A stretch of 64,000 nt of DNA from Candidatus Lustribacter sp. Lineage in GTDB: Bacteria; Vulcanimicrobiota; Vulcanimicrobiia; Vulcanimicrobiales; Vulcanimicrobiaceae. The DNA lies in assembly GCA_965277805.1 (NCBI GenBank), contig OZ255842.1:544001-608000 (forward strand), given 5' to 3'. The notes beneath the pieces were generated by a model. That model did not search any database. It saw only the letters and a list, made by a program, of their open reading frames with translations, and had not been told where the DNA came from. Below are positions 38,863-48,168 of the stretch, one piece after another (within the stretch, counting starts at the first letter, position 1; every line of letters begins with the position of its first letter). The position numbers and the translations under genes were made by a program.

Positions 38863-39762
38863 TTAGCGGCGTTTGAGGGTGTCGAGTTCGTCCAGCGTTT
38901 TAGGCCAATCTGCTTTCAATAGGCGGGAGAGGCTGCGGTCGGCGAGGAGGCTGCCGTTGGTTTGGCAGCGGGCGCAATAGTTCGTTTCGTTGTCGGCGTA
39001 ACGGATGCGCTGGACGGGTTCGCCGCAGCGTGGGCACGGTTCGCCGAAGCGGCCGTGCACCGCAAAGTCTTTGCGGAACGCGGTGACGTGTTCGGGGAAC
39101 TCCTCCTTCGCTTCGGCATTCAGACGATCGATCCAATGTTGCAGCGTCGCGCGCGTTGCGTCGTAGAGGCGCTGCCATTCGGCATCGGTGAGTTTCTGCG
39201 TGCGCGTGATCGGCGAGAGCTGCGCGGCGTGGAGGATCTCATCCGAATACGCGTTGCCGATGCCGCTCACGATGCGCGGATCGGTCAGCGCGCGCTTGAG
39301 GGTGCGGTTCTCGATGCTGAGGGCCTGGCGAAACGCGGCGAGGTCGCTGGTGAAGACCTCGATGCCGCCGGGATCGATCTCCTCGAGCGCCTCCGCGCCG
39401 CGCAGCACGTGCAGCGATGCGCGCCGCTTCGTGCCGGCTTCGGTCAGCACGAGCGTACCGTGGGGGAAGTCGAACGCCGCGAGCGCGTTGCGGCCGCCAA
39501 GCTTGGCGTGCGGCGGGCGCCAGTGCAGGCGTCCCGCGATCATGAGATGCAGCACGAGCCACAGGTCGCCGTCGAAGCCGATTGCGATGCGTTTGCCGAT
39601 GCGTCGCAGTTCGCGCACCACCTGGCCCTCGACGCTTGCCAGCGGCGGGTCGGCGGTGCGCAGTAAGAACACGCTCGCGAGACGCACGCGTTCCAGCGGC
39701 TGACTGACGATGCGCGGTTCGAGCGCGCTGATGTAGGCGGAAATATCCGGCAGCTCCGGCAC
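38863..39762 (-). CDS. Fpg/Nei-family DNA glycosylase/AP lyase
   Basis: N-terminal PELPD, HLMIAG, GIGNAYSDE, CPRC...CARCQ zinc finger. Confidence 0.92.
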   Translation of the reverse strand: MPELPDISAYISALEPRIVSQPLERVRLASVFLLRTADPPLASVEGQVVRELRRIGKRIAIGFDGDLWLVLHLMIAGRLHWRPPHAKLGGRNALAAFDFPHGTLVLTEAGTKRRASLHVLRGAEALEEIDPGGIEVFTSDLAAFRQALSIENRTLKRALTDPRIVSGIGNAYSDEILHAAQLSPITRTQKLTDAEWQRLYDATRATLQHWIDRLNAEAKEEFPEHVTAFRKDFAVHGRFGEPCPRCGEPVQRIRYADNETNYCARCQTNGSLLADRSLSRLLKADWPKTLDELDTLKRR

Positions 39763-39819
39763 CGGCACGGGGTTCTGCTCCGCGGCCGGGAAGTCACCCC
39801 GCCAGGAGGGCACATCAGC

Positions 39820-40896
39820 TTGAAGTTTGGCTATTTCACGCTCAGCGACAACCGCTATCCGAACAACCCGCGGACGCCGGAGCGCTTCTTGCACGAGATC
39901 TTCGAGCAGGCCGTATACGCCGACGAGATCGGGTTGAACTCGGCCTGGATCGGCGAGCACCACTTCAACCTGCTCGGCATCAACCCGTGCCCCAACATCA
40001 TGCTTTCGGCGCTGGCCAGTGCCACGAAGAAGATCCGGCTCGCTCCGGCGGTCGTGCTGCTGCCCGTGCACCATCCGCTGCACGTAGCCGAAGAGTGGGC
40101 GACCCTCGACCAGCTCTCCGGCGGCCGCGTCGACTTCGCGGCCGGCCGCGGCTACGACCGCGCCGAGTACGACGGGTTCGGCATCTCGTTCGAGTCGACG
40201 GCCGAGCACTTTGCCGAGGGACTCGATGTCGTGTGGCGCGCGTGGACCGAGCCCGGCAAGTGGTCGCACCACGGCACGTTCTACAACTTCGATAACATCG
40301 AAGTGCGGCCGCGGCCGGTACAGCAGCCGCTGCGCCCGGTCATCGCGTGTTTCTCGCGGCCGACGATGGAACTTGCCGCCAAGCGCGATTGGAACATCAT
40401 CTTCGCGCCGTTTGCCGCCGCGATGGTCTACGGTTCGCTCAAGAACGCGGTCGACGCCTATGCGGAAGAGTGCGCCAAGCATGGCCGCGCGCCGCGCCAG
40501 TCGAGCTGCAGCTACTTCATCCACATCGCCGATGATGCGCAAGAAGAAGCCTACGGCCGCGAGTCGCTGCTGCGCTACTTCAAGGACGCGCTGGTCGCAG
40601 CGTTTCCGGCCGATGCGAAAACGGTGCCGCCGAGTTTGCGCTATTTCCTCGACATCGTGAAGATCCTCAACGATATGCGCGCGGAAGATCTTTCAGCGAA
40701 GTCGGTCCTGGTCGGACCGCCGGAAAAGATCATCGCCGACCTGCGCGAGGTCGAAGCCTCGGGCGTGAGCGAGGTCATCCTGTATTTCAACTACGGGCTC
40801 AAGCCGCACGACATGGTCAAAGATCAGATGCGGCGCTTCATGCGCGACATTGCGCCGGCGTTCGAGCCGGCTAGCGCAGCGCGTTCTGATAGATGA
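39820..40896 (+). CDS. LLM-class flavin-dependent oxidoreductase
   Basis: WIGEHH, LDQLSGGR; TTG start after AGGAGG. Confidence 0.9.
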   Translation: MKFGYFTLSDNRYPNNPRTPERFLHEIFEQAVYADEIGLNSAWIGEHHFNLLGINPCPNIMLSALASATKKIRLAPAVVLLPVHHPLHVAEEWATLDQLSGGRVDFAAGRGYDRAEYDGFGISFESTAEHFAEGLDVVWRAWTEPGKWSHHGTFYNFDNIEVRPRPVQQPLRPVIACFSRPTMELAAKRDWNIIFAPFAAAMVYGSLKNAVDAYAEECAKHGRAPRQSSCSYFIHIADDAQEEAYGRESLLRYFKDALVAAFPADAKTVPPSLRYFLDIVKILNDMRAEDLSAKSVLVGPPEKIIADLREVEASGVSEVILYFNYGLKPHDMVKDQMRRFMRDIAPAFEPASAARSDR

Positions 40897-41824
40897 GATC
40901 TTTGGCGTCAAACCGATCCGGAATGAACTTATAGCGCGCCGACGCGTCGATTAAGGGCTGCAGGTTGGCCGGGTCGAGCTTCCAGCCTTGAAGCACGCGA
41001 ATCTTGCCGACGTCGCTCGACTGCACCATAGCGAACTTCGTCAACAGGCCGGCCGTCTCGGCATGATGCCCGTTCACGTAGATCGAGGCGTCGCGAATGA
41101 TGCGCATGAAGCGGTTGACGGCGTCGGGATTCTTCTGCGTGTAAGCGATCGTCGTGAACCACGCCGAATCGGTGTGGTGATTTCCGGTGGCGCTGACCGG
41201 ATCGCCGAGCGAGCGCACCGTCCCCGCTGCGAGTGCCGGCGCGAGGAAGGGCTGGATGAGCACGGCTGCATCGATGCGTCCGGCCGTGATCGCCGCCGTT
41301 ACCGAACTCATCGGCAGTTCGAGCAGCTTGACCGTGGATGAGTCGCCGCCGAACTTATCGACCCACGCGCGAACCGAAATCGAAAACGAGTCGTTGATGG
41401 CGGATACGGCAATCGTCTTACCGTTCAAATCGGGCCCGGGACGCAGCGTCGAGTCGGGGCGTACGACGACGTTCGCCGCCGGGTTTGAAACGTCGTAGTC
41501 GCCGGCCGCCGAGATCGCAACGATCGGCAGCCCGTGCACGTGCGCCGTGAGCAGTGAGATGACGCTCGACTTCCCGACGTCGAACGATCCGCCGACGACC
41601 GCCGAGGCCGCGGCCGCGCCGCTCGTGGCGCGCTCGAGCGTGGCGTCGAAGCCATTCTTACGGAAGATCCCGTTTTCCATCGCGTAGAGATATGGCGTCG
41701 CGGCGTCGTCGATCGCCGACGTCGCGCGAAGCGGAGTCAGCGCCTGAGCGCAAGCGCGCCGCGGCGCCAGCGCGACCGCGGCGGCGGAGCCGGCCAGAAA
41801 CGCCGAGCGGCGCAGCGCGCGCAT
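40871..41824 (-). CDS. ABC transporter substrate-binding protein, NMT1/SsuA-like
   Basis: RRSAFL Tat-like signal; DLNGKT, GRIDAA. Confidence 0.87.
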   Translation of the reverse strand: MRALRRSAFLAGSAAAVALAPRRACAQALTPLRATSAIDDAATPYLYAMENGIFRKNGFDATLERATSGAAAASAVVGGSFDVGKSSVISLLTAHVHGLPIVAISAAGDYDVSNPAANVVVRPDSTLRPGPDLNGKTIAVSAINDSFSISVRAWVDKFGGDSSTVKLLELPMSSVTAAITAGRIDAAVLIQPFLAPALAAGTVRSLGDPVSATGNHHTDSAWFTTIAYTQKNPDAVNRFMRIIRDASIYVNGHHAETAGLLTKFAMVQSSDVGKIRVLQGWKLDPANLQPLIDASARYKFIPDRFDAKDLIYQNALR

Positions 41825-43089
41825 CAGAACTTGGTGGCGAGGTCCGGCTTCGTGGCGGCGCGCCACTCGGCATCGGGAGCGATCAGCCGGTCGAAGGACC
41901 GGATGTTCCGGTACGTCGCCGGATCGACTGCGCGCAGCGTGCCGCCGCGTTCGAGCGAGTCGAGCGCCTCGGTCAGCACTTGACGCAGCGTGATGATCGC
42001 GCGGTCCGTGGTGCCGAGATGTTCCTTCGAGCGGTCGACGATCGGCCCCATGCCTTCTTGCAGCGCGAGGTCTTGCGTATTGATGCCCTGGATGCCGGTC
42101 ATCGTTTTTTCTTTTTGAACTTTGCGATCGATTTCGTAATCGTTCGCCTTGTTCAAGCGCGAGCGGTAGTTCGCATCGAGGAAGTCACCACGGCCCAAGC
42201 GCGTCTCGCGCGCGCGGACCTTGTCGTGCTCGAACGGCCGCGCCGGATCGTGCGAGTAGCCGAAGCTGTAGACCCAGGTGTGTTCGTCGTCGATCGGCAC
42301 CCAGATGTGCCCGTCGATCGTCGGCCCGTCCGAACGGCGGCCGAAGGGCCCTTCGACCGTCGCGCGCATGTGGAACGAAGGCATGATGTAGTGATACCCG
42401 CGCACCCACGTGTTGTTGGTGAGTTTGCGAATGCCGGCGTAGGTGAAGCCGTAATCGGTCTTGTCGAGATGGATGTTCGCGACCAACTCGTCGTAGTTGT
42501 TTAGGAACGAGCGGTCGCCGATGTTCATGTTGTGCATGATCGACGCGTGCGTCGGGTCGATGCCGCCTTCGAGCGCCTGCAAGAAGTTGCAATCCTCGAA
42601 CGACTTCGAAACGTGACGGTGCGTCGCGGGCGTGCGCACGAGTTCGTGACCGGGCGGTTCCGGTTTGAGCTCCGGAGGGCCGAGGTAGGCCCAGATCATT
42701 CCGCCGCCTTCCCACGTGGGATACGCGTCGATAGTGACCTTCGTTTTAAACAGCGAATCCGGCGGCTCGGACGGCATGTCGACGCACGCGCCGTTGCGGT
42801 CGAACTTCCAGCCGTGGTACACGCAGCGCAGCCCGCAGTCTTCGTTGCGGCCGAAGAACATCGGCGCGCGCCGGTGCGGGCAGAACGCGCTGACGAGCCC
42901 CACCGCACCCTCGGTGTCGCGGAACGCGACCAAGTCTTCGCCGAGCAAGCGTACGCGCACCGGCGCGCCGTCGGGATCGGCGAGTTGTTCGGTGAGCAGC
43001 GCCGGCAGCCAATAGCGGCGGAACAGCTTGCCCATCGGGGTATCCGGGCCGACTCGGGTCAGGCGCTCGTTTTCGGCGGGTGAAAGCAT
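41824..43089 (-). CDS. Rieske oxygenase alpha subunit, phthalate 4,5-dioxygenase/LigX-like (paralog of 6844-8115)
   Basis: CPH...CVYH; EGGIDPTHASIMH; EHLGTTD. Confidence 0.92.
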   Translation of the reverse strand: MLSPAENERLTRVGPDTPMGKLFRRYWLPALLTEQLADPDGAPVRVRLLGEDLVAFRDTEGAVGLVSAFCPHRRAPMFFGRNEDCGLRCVYHGWKFDRNGACVDMPSEPPDSLFKTKVTIDAYPTWEGGGMIWAYLGPPELKPEPPGHELVRTPATHRHVSKSFEDCNFLQALEGGIDPTHASIMHNMNIGDRSFLNNYDELVANIHLDKTDYGFTYAGIRKLTNNTWVRGYHYIMPSFHMRATVEGPFGRRSDGPTIDGHIWVPIDDEHTWVYSFGYSHDPARPFEHDKVRARETRLGRGDFLDANYRSRLNKANDYEIDRKVQKEKTMTGIQGINTQDLALQEGMGPIVDRSKEHLGTTDRAIITLRQVLTEALDSLERGGTLRAVDPATYRNIRSFDRLIAPDAEWRAATKPDLATKF

Positions 43090-43117
43090 GGTCTCGTTTT
43101 CCCCGGTGAGGCGGGGC

Positions 43118-44068
43118 TTACCCGCGCAAGGCGCCCGGATAGATGACGTCGTGCACGTCGAATGCGACCGGGATCATCTTGTAGCGGGCCTGCGTGTCGA
43201 CCAGCGCTTGCATCTGCGCCGGATTGAAGCGCACGCCAAGCGGAATGCGCACCTTGAGCGGCTCGACGTCGACCTTCATGAACTTGGGCACGATGTCGGC
43301 CGTTTCCGCATGATGGCCATTGACGTAGGTCGCAGCCTGGCGCATCACGCGAATGAAGGCATCGATCACCGCGGGGTTCTTGGCAGCGAAATCGGCCGAC
43401 GTGAACCACGCCGATTGCATGAAGTGCGCACCGAGCGCGCTCGACGGATCGCCGATGATGCGGATTTTCGGATCCGACTTCGCCTGCTCGAAGAACGGCT
43501 GCACCACGATCGCGGCGTCGATGCGGCCGGTCGCGACCGCGGCGCTCGCCTGGCTCATTGGGATCTCCGTCAGCTTGAGCGTTGATGAATCGCCGCCGTG
43601 GGCATCCGTCCACGCGCGCGATGCAAGTGAGAAGAAGTCATTGAGCGCCGACACGCCGACCGTCTTGCCGTTGAGGTCGGCACCGGTTTTGATCGGACCG
43701 TCGGCGCGCGCGATCAAGCCGATTACCGGTGGCAAGGCGTTGTCGTATTCGCCGCCCGGCGCGATCCAGATCAGCGGCAGGCCGCGTGCATGCGCGGTGC
43801 AGAGCGACGTGACGCTCGACTTTGCAATTTGGAACGAGCCCCCGACCACGCCGGCGACGCTCGCGGCGCCGCTCGTCGCGCGCTGCAAATCCGCATCGAT
43901 GCCGTTCTTGCTGAAGAGGCCCGTTTGCACCGCCCAAATGAACGGCGTTGCATCATCGTCGATCGATGAAGCGGCATGAACGACGGCGGGCGTCGCGGAG
44001 AGCGCGGCGAGCGGCCGGCTCGCGGCAGCGAGGGCGGCCAACGACAAGACAAACGTGCTGCGTTCCAT
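43118..44068 (-). CDS. ABC transporter substrate-binding protein, NMT1/SsuA-like (paralog of 40871-41824)
   Basis: Shares IDD.ATP, RATSGAA, GGDSST.KL, YVNGHHAETA with 40871-41824. Confidence 0.87.
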   Translation of the reverse strand: MERSTFVLSLAALAAASRPLAALSATPAVVHAASSIDDDATPFIWAVQTGLFSKNGIDADLQRATSGAASVAGVVGGSFQIAKSSVTSLCTAHARGLPLIWIAPGGEYDNALPPVIGLIARADGPIKTGADLNGKTVGVSALNDFFSLASRAWTDAHGGDSSTLKLTEIPMSQASAAVATGRIDAAIVVQPFFEQAKSDPKIRIIGDPSSALGAHFMQSAWFTSADFAAKNPAVIDAFIRVMRQAATYVNGHHAETADIVPKFMKVDVEPLKVRIPLGVRFNPAQMQALVDTQARYKMIPVAFDVHDVIYPGALRG

Positions 44069-44133
44069 CTGGAAGTCGTTCGGCTGCCGGTTGGTTGACG
44101 ACCTGTTCTCGAATGGCCTAGTATCGTAAAGTC

Positions 44134-45429
44134 ATGACGGCCACCGCGCAACCTACGGAGATCCGCTCGCTTTTGCGGCTCGACGAAGGGTACGTGCATT
44201 CAGACGTGTACACCAGCCCCGCCATCTTCGAGCGCGAGATGGAGCAGATTTTTCATCGCGGCTGGGTGTTCGTCGGCCACGATTCCGAAATTCCGGAAAA
44301 CGGCGACTACGTGCTCCGCTGGATCGGCCGCCAATCCGTCATCATGAACCGCGACAGCCACGGCAACGTGCATCTGTTCATGAACCGGTGCCGCCACCGC
44401 GCGAACAGCGTCTGTCAATTCGAACGCGGTAACTCCGCGTTCTTCCGCTGCGCCTATCACGGCTGGACGTACAAGGATAGCGGCGAGCTGGTCGGCGTGC
44501 CGTACGCCGAGGGCGCGTACGAGCCGCCGCTCGACAAAGACAACTTCGCGCTAATCCCGACCCCGCGCATGGGAATCTACCGCGGTTTCGTATGGGGCTC
44601 GCTCGCGAGCGAAGGCCCGTCGCTCGACGATCATCTCGGCGTCTCGGCAAAGCGGGCCGTCGATCTGTTCTGCGATCACTCGCCGATGGGCGAAATCGAA
44701 GTGCGTCACGGCGCGACGAAGTCGGTTATCTACGCGAACTGGAAATTCCAAGGCGGCGACGGTTACCATCCGCCGTTCACACATCAAGCCGATTTCGGAT
44801 CGATCCGCGCGGCGCGCGAAGGCCGGCCGAACGCGCTGCTCGGCATGATCAAGAAAGATACGACGCTCTCGCGCGATCTCGGCAACGGCCACTTCTGTTT
44901 GGACATCCGCACGATGGGCCGCGGACCGCTGCCGGACAAGCCGTGGGCGAAAGAATACCTCGCCTCGATGGTCGACGCGTACGGCGCCGAGCGCGCGAAG
45001 TACATCATGGATAGCGGCGGACCGCACACGATCCTGATGCCGAACATCCAGCTGCTCAACCCTGACTTACGCGTGCTGCGCCCGATCGCCGCCGACCAAT
45101 TCGAGATCACCTTCTACTGTGCGTTTCTCAAAGGCGTGCCGAAGGAAGTCAACACCGCACGCGTTCGCCTCACCGAAAGCCGGATGGGTCCGGCGGGTAG
45201 CGTCAACGTCGACGACGTCGAGATGTTCGAACGCAATCAGCTCGGCATGCAGCAGCTCGTCGACCCGTGGAAGTTCATCGGACGCGGCATGGCGCGCGAG
45301 CACACCGACAACGACGACGCGACGCCCGAAGCGTATCGCTACGAGAACAGCCGTGCGGCGCACTACTCCGACGAGCTCACGCAGCGCGCGCAGCTGCGCT
45401 GGTGGGCCGCCCAGCTGGAGCGGGAGTAG
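44134..45429 (+). CDS. Aromatic ring-hydroxylating dioxygenase alpha subunit
   Basis: NRCRH...CAYHGW; NWK...DGYH..FTH; DDVE. Confidence 0.92.
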   Translation: MTATAQPTEIRSLLRLDEGYVHSDVYTSPAIFEREMEQIFHRGWVFVGHDSEIPENGDYVLRWIGRQSVIMNRDSHGNVHLFMNRCRHRANSVCQFERGNSAFFRCAYHGWTYKDSGELVGVPYAEGAYEPPLDKDNFALIPTPRMGIYRGFVWGSLASEGPSLDDHLGVSAKRAVDLFCDHSPMGEIEVRHGATKSVIYANWKFQGGDGYHPPFTHQADFGSIRAAREGRPNALLGMIKKDTTLSRDLGNGHFCLDIRTMGRGPLPDKPWAKEYLASMVDAYGAERAKYIMDSGGPHTILMPNIQLLNPDLRVLRPIAADQFEITFYCAFLKGVPKEVNTARVRLTESRMGPAGSVNVDDVEMFERNQLGMQQLVDPWKFIGRGMAREHTDNDDATPEAYRYENSRAAHYSDELTQRAQLRWWAAQLERE

Positions 45430-45927
45430 ATGCAGACGATCGAGCCGGACGTCACGTTCACGCGCGAGAGCGTCGAGACGTTTCTGTATCAAGAGGCGCG
45501 CTTCGCCGACGAAAATCGCTACGACGAGTGGCTCGCGCTCTGGACCGGGGATATCCGCTATTGGGTACCGGTGAACGTCGATGAGTACGATCCCGACGAG
45601 CACGTGTCGATCATCTTCGACAATCGCGAGCGTTTGCAAGACCGCATCACCCGGCTCAAATCGGGCGGGGCCTGGTCGCAAGAGCCGCAATCGCGCATGC
45701 GCCGCATCGTCTCCAATATCGAGATCGCGCCGGCCAAACGCGACGACGAACGGCTAACCGTTTCGAACTTCGTGTTGGGCGAACTGCGGCGCGGCCGTGA
45801 AGCGGTGTACTTCGCGCAGCAGAAGCACCGGCTGCGCCTAACGCCCGACGGCCTGCGGATGGCCGAGAAGACCGTGCTTCTCGTGAGGAACAACGAGCCG
45901 CTTCATAACCTTTCGTTCATCCTCTAA
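45430..45927 (+). CDS. Aromatic ring-hydroxylating dioxygenase beta subunit
   Basis: FLYQEA, YWVP, RIVSN; abuts the alpha subunit. Confidence 0.92.
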   Translation: MQTIEPDVTFTRESVETFLYQEARFADENRYDEWLALWTGDIRYWVPVNVDEYDPDEHVSIIFDNRERLQDRITRLKSGGAWSQEPQSRMRRIVSNIEIAPAKRDDERLTVSNFVLGELRRGREAVYFAQQKHRLRLTPDGLRMAEKTVLLVRNNEPLHNLSFIL

Positions 45928-45939
45928 TGCGCGGTGCGC

Positions 45940-46167
45940 ATGCGGCTTGAGAACGAGTTCGCATCGGTCGAGGTCGAACTGGACACGGGCGCTAACGGCC
46001 CGCGTCTGAAAATCACGGACTTGCGTACAGGACACGTCGGCTATCTCGACCCCTTCGAGCTGGAAACGCTGTCGTGGCTGGAAAAGGACGCGCTGGCACC
46101 ATTCTTTGACCCGTCGCGATCGCGCTGGAAAACGATCGAGGCGGGCGATCTCGAGGGTTTATCATAG
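45940..46167 (+). CDS. Small dioxygenase-associated protein of unknown function
   Basis: ENEFASVEV...NGPRL...LDPFELETLSW; operonic position. Confidence 0.75.
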   Translation: MRLENEFASVEVELDTGANGPRLKITDLRTGHVGYLDPFELETLSWLEKDALAPFFDPSRSRWKTIEAGDLEGLS

Positions 46168-47747
46168 CTAAGCGATTTCAGGTAATCATCGTGGGCGGCG
46201 GTCCGGTTGGTGTCGGCCTCGCGGTCGATCTGGGGCTGCGCGGCATCTCGTGCGCGCTCGTCGAGCGGCGCACGCAGCTGCAGAACATCCCCAAGGGTCA
46301 GAACCTCACCCCGCGCACGCTCGAGCATTTCTATTTTTGGGGCATCGCCGACAAGCTGCGCGCCGAGCGCATCATGCCCAAGGGCTATCCGATCGCGGGC
46401 ATGACCGCGTACGGCAACCTGATGAGCGAGTACTGGTACATCGTGCCGCAGCGCGAGCTCGTTCGCAAGTTCTACTTCGAAGACGTCGAGCGGCTGCCGC
46501 AGTACCTCACCGAAAAAGTGCTGCGTAACCGGATGGCCGAGCTGCCGAGCGTCACTAACTACTTCGGCTGGATGGCCGAGACGATCGCTCAAGACGCGAG
46601 CGGCGTGCGCGTCACGATCAGGGAGAGCGAAGGCACGCAGCGCGAGCAGCTCGAGGGCGACTACGTCGTCGGTTGCGACGGCGCGAACTCGCTCGTGCGC
46701 AGCCAGGCCGGGATCGAACGCGGCGGCGTGGACTTCGAGCAGATCATGGTGCTCGCCGTCTTCCGCTCGAAAGAGCTGCACGAAGCGCTGAAACGGTTTC
46801 CCGAACGCGGAACCTACAACGTGCTCGATCCCGATGCCAAGGGCTATTGGAACTTCTTCGGGCGTGTCGACGTCGGCGAGTCGTTTTTCTTTCATGCCCC
46901 GGTGCCGGCCAACACGACGAAAGACAACTACGACTTTCTCGCGCTCATTCAGCGCGTCGCGGGCTTTCCGGTGAAGGTCGAGTTCGACTACGTGGGGTTC
47001 TGGGATCTGCGCGTCGCGGTCGCCGATACGTATCAGGTGGGGCGCGTGCTCATCGCCGGCGATGCGGCGCACAGTCATCCGCCGTACGGCGGCTACGGGC
47101 TCAACAGCGGGCTCGAAGACGCGCGCAACCTCGGCTGGAAGCTCGCAGCGACGCTGCAGGGCTGGGGCGGACCCGGGCTGATCGATTCGTATAGCGAAGA
47201 GCGGCGCCCGATCTTCAAGGAAACGGGCGAAGATTTCATCGCGGCCGGCATCGAGGAGAGCGCGAAGTGGCTGCAACTGCACAACCCCGAGCGCGACAAA
47301 GCGGAGTTCGAAGCCGCCTGGGCCGCGCGCAAAGCGAAGGCCGGTTCGAGCATTACGAGCTACGAGCCCAACTACGAAGGCTCGCCGGTTGTGGCGGGGC
47401 CGCCCGGGGGCAAGAGCGGCGCGCACGGAACGCACACGTGGTCGGCCCGTGCAGGACACCATCTCGCGCCGCAACCGCTCTCATCGGGCAAGAACGTGTT
47501 CGAAGAACTCGGCGACGGCTTCACGCTGCTCGCGTTCGATGCGCCTGACGCCGGCGTGCAGGCATTCGAAGCGGCAGCGGCCGCGGCGAAGATCCCCTTG
47601 ACCGTGATTCGCGATACGTTCGCGGGCGGACGCGAAGCCTACGAGCAGCATCTCCTGCTCGTGCGGCCGGATCAGTTCGTCGGCTGGACCGGCGATGAGG
47701 CGCCCGCGGACATTCCGGCGCTGCTGGCAAAGGTCGTCGGGGACTGA
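46164..47747 (+). CDS. FAD-dependent monooxygenase (probable ATA start at 46164)
   Basis: VIIVGGGPVG, GCDGANS, GDAAH, LVRPD; the first Rossmann strand lies upstream of GTG 46191. Confidence 0.9.
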   Translation: MAKRFQVIIVGGGPVGVGLAVDLGLRGISCALVERRTQLQNIPKGQNLTPRTLEHFYFWGIADKLRAERIMPKGYPIAGMTAYGNLMSEYWYIVPQRELVRKFYFEDVERLPQYLTEKVLRNRMAELPSVTNYFGWMAETIAQDASGVRVTIRESEGTQREQLEGDYVVGCDGANSLVRSQAGIERGGVDFEQIMVLAVFRSKELHEALKRFPERGTYNVLDPDAKGYWNFFGRVDVGESFFFHAPVPANTTKDNYDFLALIQRVAGFPVKVEFDYVGFWDLRVAVADTYQVGRVLIAGDAAHSHPPYGGYGLNSGLEDARNLGWKLAATLQGWGGPGLIDSYSEERRPIFKETGEDFIAAGIEESAKWLQLHNPERDKAEFEAAWAARKAKAGSSITSYEPNYEGSPVVAGPPGGKSGAHGTHTWSARAGHHLAPQPLSSGKNVFEELGDGFTLLAFDAPDAGVQAFEAAAAAAKIPLTVIRDTFAGGREAYEQHLLLVRPDQFVGWTGDEAPADIPALLAKVVGD

Positions 47748-47763
47748 GGTCCGGAGGATCTGA

Positions 47764-48168
47764 ATGAACACGTCTTCATATCAGGCTAGGCTGCGCGATA
47801 CGCTGAACTTGATCATTGCGGTCGCGGTGTTCATCGCACCGTGGTATAACGGCGATGACTTGTCCACGCACGGTTCCATTCGGCTCCGAATTCTGGCCAT
47901 CGCCATTGGTACCGTGTCACTCTGGATCTTGGTTCACCAACGGCACATGGCGGCAGAGTGCCTGAATGCGGCATTAGGCGCGGCGCTCATCACGACGCCG
48001 TACTGGCACGGGGGACTTGACGCAACGCGCCTGGACTCCGCCATCGCGGGCGCAGTGATCCTGGGCTTCTCGATCTCTTGCGCGATCCAAATCTCACGGG
48101 AGGTCGCGGCGGCGAATTTCGAGCGCTTCGGCGAATTCTCCATACGCTCCATGCCGCACCGGAACTAA
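47764..48168 (+). CDS. Small membrane protein, SPW-repeat-like
   Basis: Four hydrophobic segments; APW and TPY motifs; RBS GGAGG. Confidence 0.7.
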   Translation: MNTSSYQARLRDTLNLIIAVAVFIAPWYNGDDLSTHGSIRLRILAIAIGTVSLWILVHQRHMAAECLNAALGAALITTPYWHGGLDATRLDSAIAGAVILGFSISCAIQISREVAAANFERFGEFSIRSMPHRN

